A stretch of DNA of 64,000 nt from the human T2T-CHM13v2.0 reference genome, Homo sapiens, in assembly GCF_009914755.1 (NCBI RefSeq), contig NC_060925.1; one strand, 5' to 3'. Positions 43,066-56,291 of this stretch are shown in pieces. The position numbers and the translations under genes were made by a program. The notes beneath the pieces are model-generated. The model was not told the origin of the DNA. It saw only the letters and a list, made by a program, of their open reading frames with translations, and made no database searches. Position 1 is the stretch's first letter. Each line of letters starts with the position of its first letter.

Positions 43066-44194
43066 AGCATTTATTTGGTATCACATAGACTGAACAACAG
43101 ATTAATTAGCTGGAATTTCAGTCCCCAACTACCATGTCACCATATAGTTAGAACTTACATTTCACCAGTCACCAATTCCCTGAATGCTTCATTTCTCCCT
43201 CTTAGCAACACAGTGGTAAATTTCTAACTTCTGCTTTATTTCCCAGGATAAAAAAAGAACATGAAAGATATTAAAGGGTTAAACATGTAGCAATCTGTTT
43301 TACATGAAAAGAAAAAGATACGAAGAAATTTTAATAAAAATACAACCCTACCAGGACTTGGACTCATTACCTCTGCAATATAAGGAAGACACTAGGCAAT
43401 GTGAATTTACAGGTGTTAATTAGCCAACAGAGGGTTCCTTGATTGTTCCCAGAATACCATACAAACATAGAGAAATAGAAAAATTCAATCAAAGAACATT
43501 CCCTGCCTCAGAGAAAAGACTGCATGCATGCACAATGTCATGCAAATCAGCTTTAATTTACTGCATGTTTTTCTGCTTCCACCAAATTTGTTGAAGAAAA
43601 TGGATCTTTCTCTGCTCATAGCTGTAAATTCCTGCATCGTCAAAGCATACACAGATCAAGATGTTGTTTTTCAACTGATGCTTGAATAATAGCAGAAGAA
43701 AATTTCTATACAGAAATATCAAATGGATATTCCCATGGCAGCATTAATCTGGAAATATTCCCCACTGCACTATAAGTGGGTCTAGTTGGGTAATAGGAGC
43801 ATGGGAAGGTCCTTATTTTGCACCCAAGGAGTTGCTCTGCTAGGGATTCCTGTTTCCTTCCAGAAAATTGAGATAACGGTTTGCAGGAAGGTGAATTAAA
43901 ATATATCCCTGCAGCCACAATTAATTAAAACATATTCACAATAAAACATAAGTAACACTTTGGGAGATATATCTACACAGCATCAAACAACTGGTCGAAT
44001 GTTTTCCCCACTGCATTGATCTGTTTTCTTGGTGAATTGTGGACACAGGCACAGATAAGTTCAGCCTGTCAGTGCAATTATGATAATCCAGCTACATCCA
44101 TTTTCTCATTCAGGCTGTCACTCATGGAGCCCCTGCCATCTTCCTAGATTGTATTGTTCTGAGCATTCTGAGTGTCCTGAAGATGCAGACATAT

Positions 44195-44460
44195 TGTAAT
44201 AATTATAGCTAACACTTACGTAGTGCTTACCATGTGTAAAGCACTATATGAATCACTTTAAAATTTTTCATGTTCATCTATTCAGTCCTCGTATCAAACC
44301 TACAAGGTAGGCACCATTATCTCCATGTAACAGAAGAGGCAACTGAGGCATGGAGAGGTTCGGTAACTTCCCTAAGGTCCTGTAGCCAGTAAATGGCTGA
44401 GGTGGGATTCAAACTTATAGTCTGGTTTAGTCTTTGCTTTTAATCATGACCCTCTGCCAC
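44195..44460 (-). mobile_element. MIR, near full length
   Basis: atagctaacacttacgtagtgcttaccatgtg..gaggcaactgaggcatggagaggttcggtaacttccctaaggtc. Confidence 0.85.
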
Positions 44461-45196
44461 CTCAGTTCCTACTAAATCTTTGTTGAATGAATGAATGTGG
44501 CTTACAGAATCAGACTGAAAGGGTGATATTATTCATCAAAACAGAGATATGATTACAGACTGCCAACCTGTGGTTCTTAAAATGGGATCTGCAAGCTATT
44601 TGCAGTTCATTAAGATACCCCAGGTGCCATGTGTTTTTTGACAAGGACATATTCGCATTTTTTTTCTGGCTTGCATTAATATTTTGTAAAATCCAGATAT
44701 TGCTCCTGGTGCCTCATCCAAAGGAGTGGACATCTTCTCGTGTATCATTTATTTGAGAGAATGTCTGGGTTTTTCCTTGTGTTGATGAGTAAGGGTAGAC
44801 TCACTGGCTTCCAAGTTCTCTCTGGACACTGCTAAAGTGGTTCATAGTCTGAAAATCTTACAAGCCCTTGATCTTGGTGATGACGTTTAAAAATTGGGAA
44901 AGGTGGTGTGGTTCATGTTTACTGTTGCTCTGAAGAGAGAGGCTGCAGGGCACATACTCGAGACCCAGCCCTAGGCTGTGGGCAGGACAAACCCAGCAGC
45001 TGACTGAGGAGGGTCATTTCTGACATTGGGAAGACATCGGGTCTAGCTGACTCTTACTGTTTCCAAGCATGGCACTATATCAGTTGGCCAAGAGTCGGCT
45101 CAAGTGGAGGGAAGACAAAAAGGCCACCTTTCTGCACTAATTAGTCTGTTTTGTCTAGTTATCTTGGTTCTACTCACAACTGCATCAGATTTCATA

Positions 45197-45280
45197 TGAT
45201 AGGTTGTACCACATGAAACTGCGGACATCTGATCATTTTTGACTTAAAAAAATGGCAATTTTGTATAAGACAACTTAATA
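45197..45280. mobile_element. MADE2 mariner-derived MITE (~80 bp)
   Basis: taggttgtaccacatgaaactgc..tttttgac..aaaaatggcaatttt..caacttaata. Confidence 0.75.
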
Positions 45281-45684
45281 ATAGTCGTTCTTACATAGTA
45301 CCCCAAGTACTAGCATCCTAGTCTTTCAACTTTAAGAGTGAGGTGAGAATCCTACCAAGCTCTTTCATTAATTCAGTAGTGAAGCATTTATGGGTGGCAA
45401 GGGGATGAAAGCATGATAAGGTGCATGGGCTGTACCTGGGCAGAAAGAGGAGGGAGACAACACTTGTGCCATGTGGCGATGGCGCTGCCTCCTCCAATAC
45501 TGTCTTGTGGTTGAAAAAAGCCTTCAAATTTATGTTGCTTGACATCCATAGGTTATTATGAAACTAGTAATAAAGATACAAAATTAAACTTAATGAAAAC
45601 ATACAGAGCCCTTCCCATGCACATTCTCTTAAGTGCCAGAGTAGATATAAGGACGGAACAGAGATCCTAACCCCAGGGCATTTT

Positions 45685-46110
45685 TATTTATTCAACAAAT
45701 ATCTTCAAGCATCTACTATGTGCTATGATCTGGCCTAAGTGCTTAGGGACACTTCAGTGTTCAAAATGGAACAAAATCCCCATCCTTGTGGAACAGTCTA
45801 GCAGAGAAGACAGACAATAAACAACAAGCAAAAAATAATAATTATGAAAAATGAACAGGGCAGTCAAGGGGATCCGGACTGGAGTGGGGCTGCCTTTTTA
45901 AAAGGGTGTTTAGGAGTAGGCCTCACTGAGAAGGTGAGAGTTGAGCAAAGACTTGAGGGAGGTCAGGGGTCAGCCATGCTGATATTTGTGGGAAGAGTAT
46001 TTCTGGCAGAGGAAATCACTAGCTGGAAGGCCCTAAAGTAAGAGCACCCCAGGAATGTTCAAGAAACAAGAGGGAGGTCTGTGTGATTGAAACTTAGGGT
46101 ACAGTGTAGT
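45685..46110 (-). mobile_element. L2a 3' region
   Basis: ttattcaacaaatatcttcaagcatctactatgtgc..ggcctcactgagaaggtgagagttgagcaaagacttga. Confidence 0.85.
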
Positions 46111-46271
46111 CCCTATTAGTGACCACATCATATGAGAACATTCAGACTCTTGTTAGGTTCAACCAGAGGAAAGGGCAGTCATGTGACTGTAAAAGGCTAG
46201 AAAGCATTCTTTAAAAGTTAACAAAATGGCAGTCTATCGGAAGCAGTGTGCAATCACAGGATAGCAATCTA

Positions 46272-46985
<714 letters not shown>

Positions 46986-47622
46986 TTATGTCTCCCCACA
47001 GCCTTGGCTTGCCTTCTTCTCAGATTTGTATTCCTGGGTACAGGTTTACACTTCCACCCCCTCCCCAAAAGAAGACCGCCTCAGGCAGTTGTGTGCCTGC
47101 TGCTGGTCAAGATCCACCTCAAAGGCTCTTTAAGCAACCCAGTCCTCCAGGTCTTCCCAAGTCATCTATGTCTCTATGAAGTGTGAATTGATCCAGTAAC
47201 TCGTAGGAGGCATGTAACTGCGGTTGGAAGACCAAACACCCTACCCTCAACGCATATCTCACCCCCACCCCTAGAAAGAGGTTCAGGAGGAGAAAGGCCT
47301 CAGTGCACACATCTAATTAAGCACTCACAGGCAGGTGTTAATTTCAAGATTTCAATATGATGTATCGTTTCAGGAAGCTGCCACTGAAGGTGATAGCCCT
47401 ACCACTTAAGTTGATAGCTCTGTAAAGAGTCCATTTAGATTCTTTTTCTAGTTAGGCCTGTGGTAAAGGTAAGGGCAAGAGGGGTCTTAGACTAGAGGTA
47501 AAAAAAAGAACAAAAACACTGCATAATTATATGAAGTCCTGACTCCATTGTGGAGAGCTGGCCTTGCCAGTTGTAGTGGCTGGCAGTAGGAAAATGGCTC
47601 AAAGAAGTACAGAAACTTTTTT

Positions 47623-47797
47623 CAAAGGGTAGTCCTTAGGATTGCATCAGAATCGCTTGGAGTGTTTATTATAATTCACATTATAAGGCCCTGCCCAGCT
47701 TTCCAAAACCAAAATTCCTTGGATGAGGGCCCAAGAATTTAAATTTTAACAAGCTCCAGTAATGCTCCTAATACATGTTTCATTTAAAAACAACTGG
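47623..47797. mobile_element. MER5-family MITE
   Basis: ttgcatcagaatcgcttggagtgtttatt..gggcccaagaatttaaattttaacaagctcc..aaaacaactg. Confidence 0.65.
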
Positions 47798-49519
47798 TGT
47801 AAATTGTAGTATTTGAGTGATTAATGTTGGTCTTTGGGAAGTGTGTTTGTGTGTGTGTGTGTAAACTTGTTTGATCCAATAGTTCATCTGCGTTTGAAAG
47901 AATGAGAGGCAGATGGGTAACTCACAACTCAAAATGAATGGGATTTAGCTTGCCTATATCTGCCCTGAGCAATTCCGGAGGACAGGGAATGTCAAAATCT
48001 TTCCCTGCCAGTGGAGGGCATGTATGTGCAAACACAAACAGATGTGTACCTCTCTCTTTCTCTCTCTCACATGTGTGTGCACGCACACACGCAGTGTGCC
48101 TGGGTGGACTGTCCTGGCTGATGTCTTGAGCATGATTCCATAATGGAAACTCAGACTTGCAAATAGGTCCAGCTGCCAGAAAGGATGTGAATCCCAGGCT
48201 GCTGTAAGATTGCCTGAATGTTGTCAGGGCCATTGGCATAGTGGACATTAGAGAAAGAGGTATCCTTATAGAGGAAAGCAGACTAAGCCAAGAAATAAGA
48301 TTAAGAAATGCAGATGTCAGTGAATGCTCTCCCTGTGAATATTTTAACATCTGGGGTGCTTTTGTCACAGGCTAAGGGAAAAATCAAGATTTTTCTGTTT
48401 CTGTAAGAGACTCAACTCTTCAGTCGAGGATGGTGTACCTCAGGGCTTGGGGAGAGGTACTATGGAGAATGAAGGTGAGGAAGTTAGGGATGTGTGGCCA
48501 CCCCAAATCCACTCCTCACTAACAAGCATCCTGGCAGAAATCACACATGTTATTATTGAGAGAGCTGTGTCCAAGAGTTCTGCAAAGCTGACAGTACCAA
48601 AGTGAAGGGCAGCCTGTAGCAGGGCTGATAGAGACGGGAGGAGACACAGCCAGACCAGTGTCAGGCAAGACAAAGACACCTCCTTCTCAACCATCACACA
48701 CACAGTGAGCTGTGGTTCTCGAATTTTTACAACCATACCCACTGTATGAAATACATCTTGTATTGCACACCAATACATATATTAAAGTAAAAGTCTAATA
48801 AAATAACAGTAATCCTCACTCAGTGCAAACACACAAGATCAATATCTGATGTTTTGGAGATGACTTTTTACTAGGAAAAAAGTCTGGTTGCCAGGAAAGA
48901 TGGGAATCCCAAGGCCAGAACTCCGCCTGATACCTGTTGTTCTTTACTGGTTGAATTCACTTCATTAAGATAAACGCTACTCGACTCACCTAATTAATTT
49001 CCTGAGTATACACAAACTCTATACTGGAGAAAAGAGACCTTCAAATGAAGAAGGAAAACTAGTTCATGGGTTCCATTTTACTCATATTATGTCCCTTGGG
49101 TAAACTGACTCATTTGATTAAATAATGAAAAGTTATTGACTGAAATCTGGACCAGGGGAGCTTATTCTTCCAGATGCGACACTGAGGCCCTTCCTTCCAA
49201 AATCTTCTCTAGTTTCCTCCAGCTGAATTGAATACATTCTTCTTCCTTGGACCTGGGGTTCTACCTTCTTAGTAACACTAATGTATGAATAGTTTTCAAT
49301 TCGTAAAGTCTTTGTCTTTCTCACTAAATCATAAGCTCCTAGAACAGGTTTAGTGCCTTATTAATTTCTTCCTACCCAGAGTCTGGATGCTTAAGGTTGT
49401 TTGTTGACTGTTGAGTCTATTTGTGGGAAGGTTCGCTGGATTGAATTTGGTTGACTAGAACCAAAGTCTTATATGTCAAAGATGTGGGCTCATTACTGAA
49501 GGCACTCATGCTGGCTAGG

Positions 49520-49740
49520 AGGCAGAACAGTGATGCAGCCAGTGTCATGTGCCTAGACTGGAATCCCGTCCCTCCTTCTACTCACATTCATGTAACTTGG
49601 GCGGGTAACTTACTTGTGGAGTTTCAGAAGATACTGAGAGCAATTATCTCATAAGTTTATTGTGAGAATTAAATGCAATAATCCACAGGAAGTGTCTGGC
49701 ACATAGTAAGTATTCAATAAATCTTAGGGATTATTGTTTT
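49520..49740 (+). mobile_element. MIR
   Basis: ttgtgagaattaaatgcaataatcca..gtctggcacatagtaagtattcaataaat. Confidence 0.75.
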
Positions 49741-49963
49741 CACTTTCCTCTGTGGCCTCTTGTGAGAGTTAACAGCCACGATGAAAGTCAGCATGCAACA
49801 GGATATCACCACCCCAGGGTGCAAGAAAACTAGGCATGGACTTCACTTTATCAATTTGAAAGTAATTGATCTTTAGTATAGGACAATAACCTGCTGATCA
49901 ACCACACTTATGGCAGCATTTTGGTGATTTCTGTCTTCAGGTTATTTGGAGATGGACTAAAAC

Positions 49964-50572
<609 letters not shown>

Positions 50573-50874
50573 AGGGTGTCAGAGTTGGGCACATACTGTA
50601 CCCTTCCATCATGTTTCAGGTGCATGGTTCTTAAAAAGCAATCATCCTCCAAAACCCCTCTATACAGTTCTCCTCCCACAGATCCAACTGCATTCCCTCT
50701 AGTATATGTTTTTCCAATCAGTGATTGGCAACTTATTCCTAGCATATTCTTATTTAAAGGTGTCTTGCTTTCCACGTGTTAGGAATAGTGCATGATCAGA
50801 TTCTATTTATCATACTGATGATCCGGCTAATTGTATAGAATACAGTCAATAAATGGTTGAAAATATTGTTTTTG

Positions 50875-51400
50875 TACTTCATTCAACAGGTAAGTAAATA
50901 ATAAGTAATAAGCATCAAATAAGAGCAAGCACCATGTTTGATGCTATGCTATGGGTAATGCAGTGATGAATATAAGGCAGTGTTGCTTTCAAATAGCTTA
51001 GCATACATAATATAACCTAAGTTTTGCTCTTTGCTATGCCATCCCCACATATCTCTTGAATCCCTTTCTAGCAGTTCTCCACCTTGTACCAGATGCCTCA
51101 GTAGTACCAAACTACCAATGCAATCCTGACCTTACCATCCTATTCTACTGGAAGCTTTACCTTGTTAGTTCCTCTGCCTGAAATGCTCATTCCTCCCACC
51201 CTTGTCCTCTAAATTGAACTATTTCCCTGACTCAGTGTTTCATGCCTTCCTCTGAGAAGTCACTCCCAACCCTCCAGCCAAAGCAGCAATGGCCACTCCA
51301 TTCTTCATGCAACTAGCAGGCTTTACAATATAGTTCTATTGTTGATCTATCACACCCGATCGCAATTGTTTACTGGCTATTTCTCTTACTGGTTATAAAT
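50875..51400. mobile_element. L2 fragments (minus strand ~50875-51010, plus strand ~51050-51400)
   Basis: ttcattcaaca..caccatgtttgatgct..gcagtgatgaata; gttcctctgcctgaaatgctc..cttcctctgagaagtc. Confidence 0.55.
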
Positions 51401-51561
51401 AATTTACAAACCACATGTATATTTAGAGTAATTGGATGTTGATTTCATACTTAAAGACCATACACCCAGAAAACCCATGTACTTCTACCATCCATTCCCT
51501 AACTGATAAGCCAGAGAACGAAATGTATGTAACCATGATTTCTTTTGGAGGATAAGTCTGA

Positions 51562-51878
<317 letters not shown>

Positions 51879-53804
51879 GAGAAAATTAATTTTAACATGA
51901 ACTTATATGACAACATTTTCATAATCAGGCCATATCCCTTGCCAGGACATCTCTGGTGTAAAGGGATGGAATGGTACTTGATCACATATGTGTTCATCAA
52001 TCAATTTAGTGCAACTTTCTGATTTAGATGTTTTGAAAGCTAGGAAGTTTTGGCACTGTCTAACCACAGTTGCAAAAGACCCCTATGGGGTTGAAACAAA
52101 CTGCTCACAGAATGGCAGAGTTAGAAAGCTTTTCCGATTCATTTACTTGAACTTCAAGAGCTTCCCTAAGTGGAGCTGTGCTGACCAGCAAGTGTTATCC
52201 TGCTTGACAAAGTCAAATTCATGAATGAGTGAAGGCAGCAATGCCCATCAACAACACATGCAGAGTGTCTGGTATGCAGTGGGAGCTCAATACATGTTGT
52301 TGAAAGAAAGAATGAATGAGTATCTCTGCAGAAGATCAGGACTGACTTTTATAAGTTGAGAATGTCCATTGCTCATGCTGTGGCAGTAGTATCAAATAAC
52401 TGCTTTATAAGCATATTTTCTGAGAGAGTTGCAGAAAGGGTAAGAGAAAGACAAAACTATGGAATGGTTCTTGTCCTCAGAGGCCAAGACAAAGTCAAAG
52501 GGAGACACGATGTTCTCGGAGCTATGCAAATATCTCTTCTTTGTCCTATTTCAGTAGGGAAATGAGTTATGAGGATCTTATTCAGTTAATTTCATTTCTT
52601 TAAATTTCTCACCCTATATTAATTAGCTGATAGAACCCTTATGGTGTGATGTGTGTTTAGAGCCATTGTAGAATGCACATTTTCACCGAAATCTGTTTTA
52701 TGGGACTTGTTAGCACGGATATTATTTAGCTAAATAGCTCTTAATGATTTCTTCAGAGTCTGCTGCATCAGTTGGGTAATTCATTTTATAGTTGGGGACT
52801 TAAAAAATTCTATTTTTTAACCTACTCAGCCCTAGTGACCTGTCTCTATACCAAGGAGGATAATGGGGTAACACTGTGTTCAGAAGAGATTTAAAATAAT
52901 ACTTGATTCATCCATAAAGGAGTAATGAAAATTTTCCTGAGTGTAGTATTATTCTATTTCAAAGAGTCTTAAAAAAATATTACTTTTTCAAACAAATTGC
53001 TTCAAGGAAAAAGAAGAAATCTGAATTCCATCAAATATCTGGCTTTTTTGAAAATAATCTGTTGAATTCAAATAACTGAGGGTTGATGTGAATTTGTTTG
53101 CACAAATCAGTTAGTTGGTGCACCTGGGAGCAACTGGACTCAGGTTCTGAAAGGCCCATCCGGTGAGTTCGATTGCAGTCAAGTCACTTGACTAACAGAT
53201 CAAGGGTTTCGTGTTGCTGCAGGCAATGCCATAAAATGTCACAGAAGAACTCCCCAGCATCTCAGGGCTGGGGCAGCTGTGGCAGTGGCTCTGTGATGTC
53301 AGCAGCAGTGTTCTCATAGGGCGGTTCATTTTGCTTGTGAAATGCAAATACTCGAATGATGACAGATGGGGCTGGGAAGAAGTGTTTTGTTTTTTTTTAA
53401 ATAATTCTATAGTTCCATCAAATGTTCTGGTCTTAGGCAAAGGAGAGACTTGAATGTGGCATATATTGGAACCCCGTGGTGGTCAAGAGATGTTTCTTTG
53501 TAGGGTTCTTTTTCATGTACACTTCAAGATGAAATTAAATCTCTCTGAAAATAAATCCCAAGAATCATGTCTGATAACATAAAACCCATCAACAGTTCTT
53601 GCTTAGACCTCAGAACACCCATTTTAAGTATAGAGTCTACTTGGTTTTCTGGAAGGAAACCAGATCTGTGCACTTGGCAGTACTTTTGTCCAGAGTGCTG
53701 ACAACCTTAGACCCATTACAGGAAGCTAGATCCTACTTTTGGAGCCAACAGCCATTTTTCCTTTTTCAGTTGGTTCTGATAGAATATGTGCAGAGTACCC
53801 ACTG

Positions 53805-54050
53805 CCACAGAGTAGAGTGGTTAGCAGCCCAGGAAAGAAATAGAAATTGAATCAAATTCCCATTTCTGCCACTTACAAGTTCTGTGAACTTAGACAAGTT
53901 ATTTAACTTCTTTAATGCAAATTTACTCATTTGCAAAATGAGGATAATAATATCTAATTCACAGGGCTGCAGTGAGGATTATGTGAGATAACATATATGA
54001 AATGCTTAGTGAAGTGTTGCTTACGTTGTAAGTGCTGAAAGCCATTATCA
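53805..54050 (+). mobile_element. MIR
   Basis: tctgccacttacaagttctgtgaacttagacaagttatttaac..aaaatgaggataataata..gtgaggatta. Confidence 0.85.
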
Positions 54051-54194
54051 GCCTTTAGCAGGGTCTTACCTAAGCTCTGGGGGAAAAGCTGGGTTTTCAT
54101 GATGGCAATGAGGGCAAAGGCTCTGTATGTAGTTACCACTAAATATTCTCACACGAAAAGAACATATAAATAGCTTCATCTGCTTTTTCTAGAA

Positions 54195-54395
54195 CAGAGA
54201 TTGGCAAACTTTTTCTATAAAGGTTCAGATGGTAAATATTTTAGGATCGTAGCTATATAATTTCTCTTGCAACTTTGTCATAGTAGCATGAAGGCAGCCA
54301 TAGACAATATGTAAACAAAGGAGTGTGACTGTGTCCCCATAAAACTTTGTGTACAACCCAGGCAGCCAGCTGGACTTGATAGTTTGCCAACCTCT
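54195..54395 (+). mobile_element. MER58A
   Basis: cagagattggcaaactttttctataaagg..agatggtaaatattttagg..tagtttgccaacctct. Confidence 0.85.
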
Positions 54396-54826
54396 ATTCT
54401 GGAATAGAAGCTGTTGTTTGATAAAGGACAATGGTCAATAATTCAAAGGAACAATAACCAGAATCACATCCTATTATTTTTCTGCATCTCTTTGTCCACC
54501 CCTCAACCCATACAATAGAATGTTTAGTTGATTTTAGTCACATAGAGGATTTGTAGCCTAAATTTCCAAAGGTACTACTAGTAAATAATGTACAGATTAT
54601 GGACAGTAATAACATTTAACAGGCTAGATACAATTGGCTATATAGATGAAACAAAAAGGAAATTAAAACTTGGTTAAAAAACACATTTTGCACAGGAAAA
54701 CTAGATAGTCTACATCATAGAGAATTATAAAATGAGCCATTGATTCTCCCGACTCTCTGGTGAGTATATTTTTAAAGTCCTAGAAAACTTAGAAGGCACA
54801 GTGAGAATTGGAAATTTTAACATCAA

Positions 54827-54847
54827 ACACACACACACACACACACA
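54827..54847. repeat. (CA)n microsatellite
   Basis: Directly visible in the sequence. Confidence 0.9.
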
Positions 54848-55124
54848 TAAATATTCAACTGATCTTCAAAAGAAGCATGACCTTAGAAATCACTGTAGGA
54901 TAAATTCCAGCTGAGTCTCCACACACAAACCTGCTTCGTAAAAAGGAAAATGATCATGTTCAAATTCACTCTCATCGCTGACTGTGTTGGGTGAAAAAAA
55001 AGAGAACACAATGCTTTAGTTAGATATTTCAAAGTTAATCAATCAGCTAGTTTTTTTCAAAACAACCAGGTTTTTAAATTAGTTTAACTTTTCTTCAGTT
55101 TTCGAATCTGACCATTTGTGATAT

Positions 55125-55700
55125 TGATATGCAAATCAGATCACATTCCCCTTCCCATGCCCTTCAATGGCTTCTCTTTGCTCTTGATGCTCTTGGGATA
55201 AAGACCAAACACACTATCTGTCCCACATGCTGTTCCTTGGTCCTCATGACTTCCCATTCCAGCTGCATCTTCAACCACACTCCTCCAGGCTCTTTAAACC
55301 TCAACGATGCTGGTCTTTTGTCATTTCCGCCAATGTTCCAATCTCTCCCTCACCTTGGTCTAACTCACCACCACTACCCCTCTGCCCCAAAATCACCACC
55401 ACACACACGCTGTGTTAGTCTCATTAACTTCTGTACACTGTTTAGGCCTCTGTTCAAAACTTACTTCCTCAGGGAGCCTCTCCCAAGCCCCAGTCAACTG
55501 TGATAGAACCTGTCTCTAGCCTACAAGCTCTTATTATAGTTTTTCATTATACATTCATTAGGGTGATGATTTAATTAATGTCTGTTTTTCCCACTGGGCT
55601 ATCCATCCCCCAAAGAGCAGGAAATGGGCCTCTATTTGAATGGCAGAGGACTCACCTCAGTGCCTGGAATGCAAGCAGAGCCATAATAAATAGAGATAAT
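55125..55700 (+). mobile_element. L2 3' region
   Basis: atgcaaatcagatcacat..cccttcaatggcttctc..acttcctcagggagcct..atttaattaatgtctgtttttcccactgg. Confidence 0.8.
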
Positions 55701-55857
55701 GGAGCGGTCGTCAGAAGGATATAGAATTAAAATGTAGCCATGAAAGGTCAAAACTGAATTTCTAAGGGATATTGTATATATTGCAGACAAAACATTGCCA
55801 TTTTTCAAAATAATACAGATTTTCTTGCTTGTTCATTGCTCTTAACTCATTTTCTAG

Positions 55858-56291
55858 ATTTAGTTTGGCAAACGTTTTCTATAAAGGTGCAGATGGTAAA
55901 TATTTGGGGTTTGGGGGCTGTATGATTTCTGTTTCAGCTACTCAACACTGCCATTGTAGCACGTTGTGGAAACCAGAGACAGTACAGAAACATGAATGTG
56001 GTAGGGATCTAACAAAACAAGGGATTCTCAATTTCCATACTGTTGACATTTTTCCCCAATAATTCTTTGCTGCTGAGCTGTTATGTGCATTGCTGTATGA
56101 TTAGCAGCATTCCTGACCTTGACCCATTAGATGCCAACAGTGCTCCCACCTCCACTAATGACAACCAAAAATGTCCCTAGACATTGCCATAGGGGAGCAA
56201 AGTCATCCCAGTTAAAACCACTGCAATAAAATTTTATGAAAACAAGTGGCAAACTGGATTTGGCCTATGGACTGTAGTTTGCTCAATCCTG
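55858..56291 (+). mobile_element. MER58A split by MER20 (56018-56223)
   Basis: MER58 halves flank caagggattctcaa...aaaaccactg; degenerate 8-bp TSD taacaaaa/caataaaa. Confidence 0.85.

Noticed and set aside
52723-52736. 14-bp palindrome tatttagctaaata
   Set aside because: AT-rich and expected by chance at this window size.
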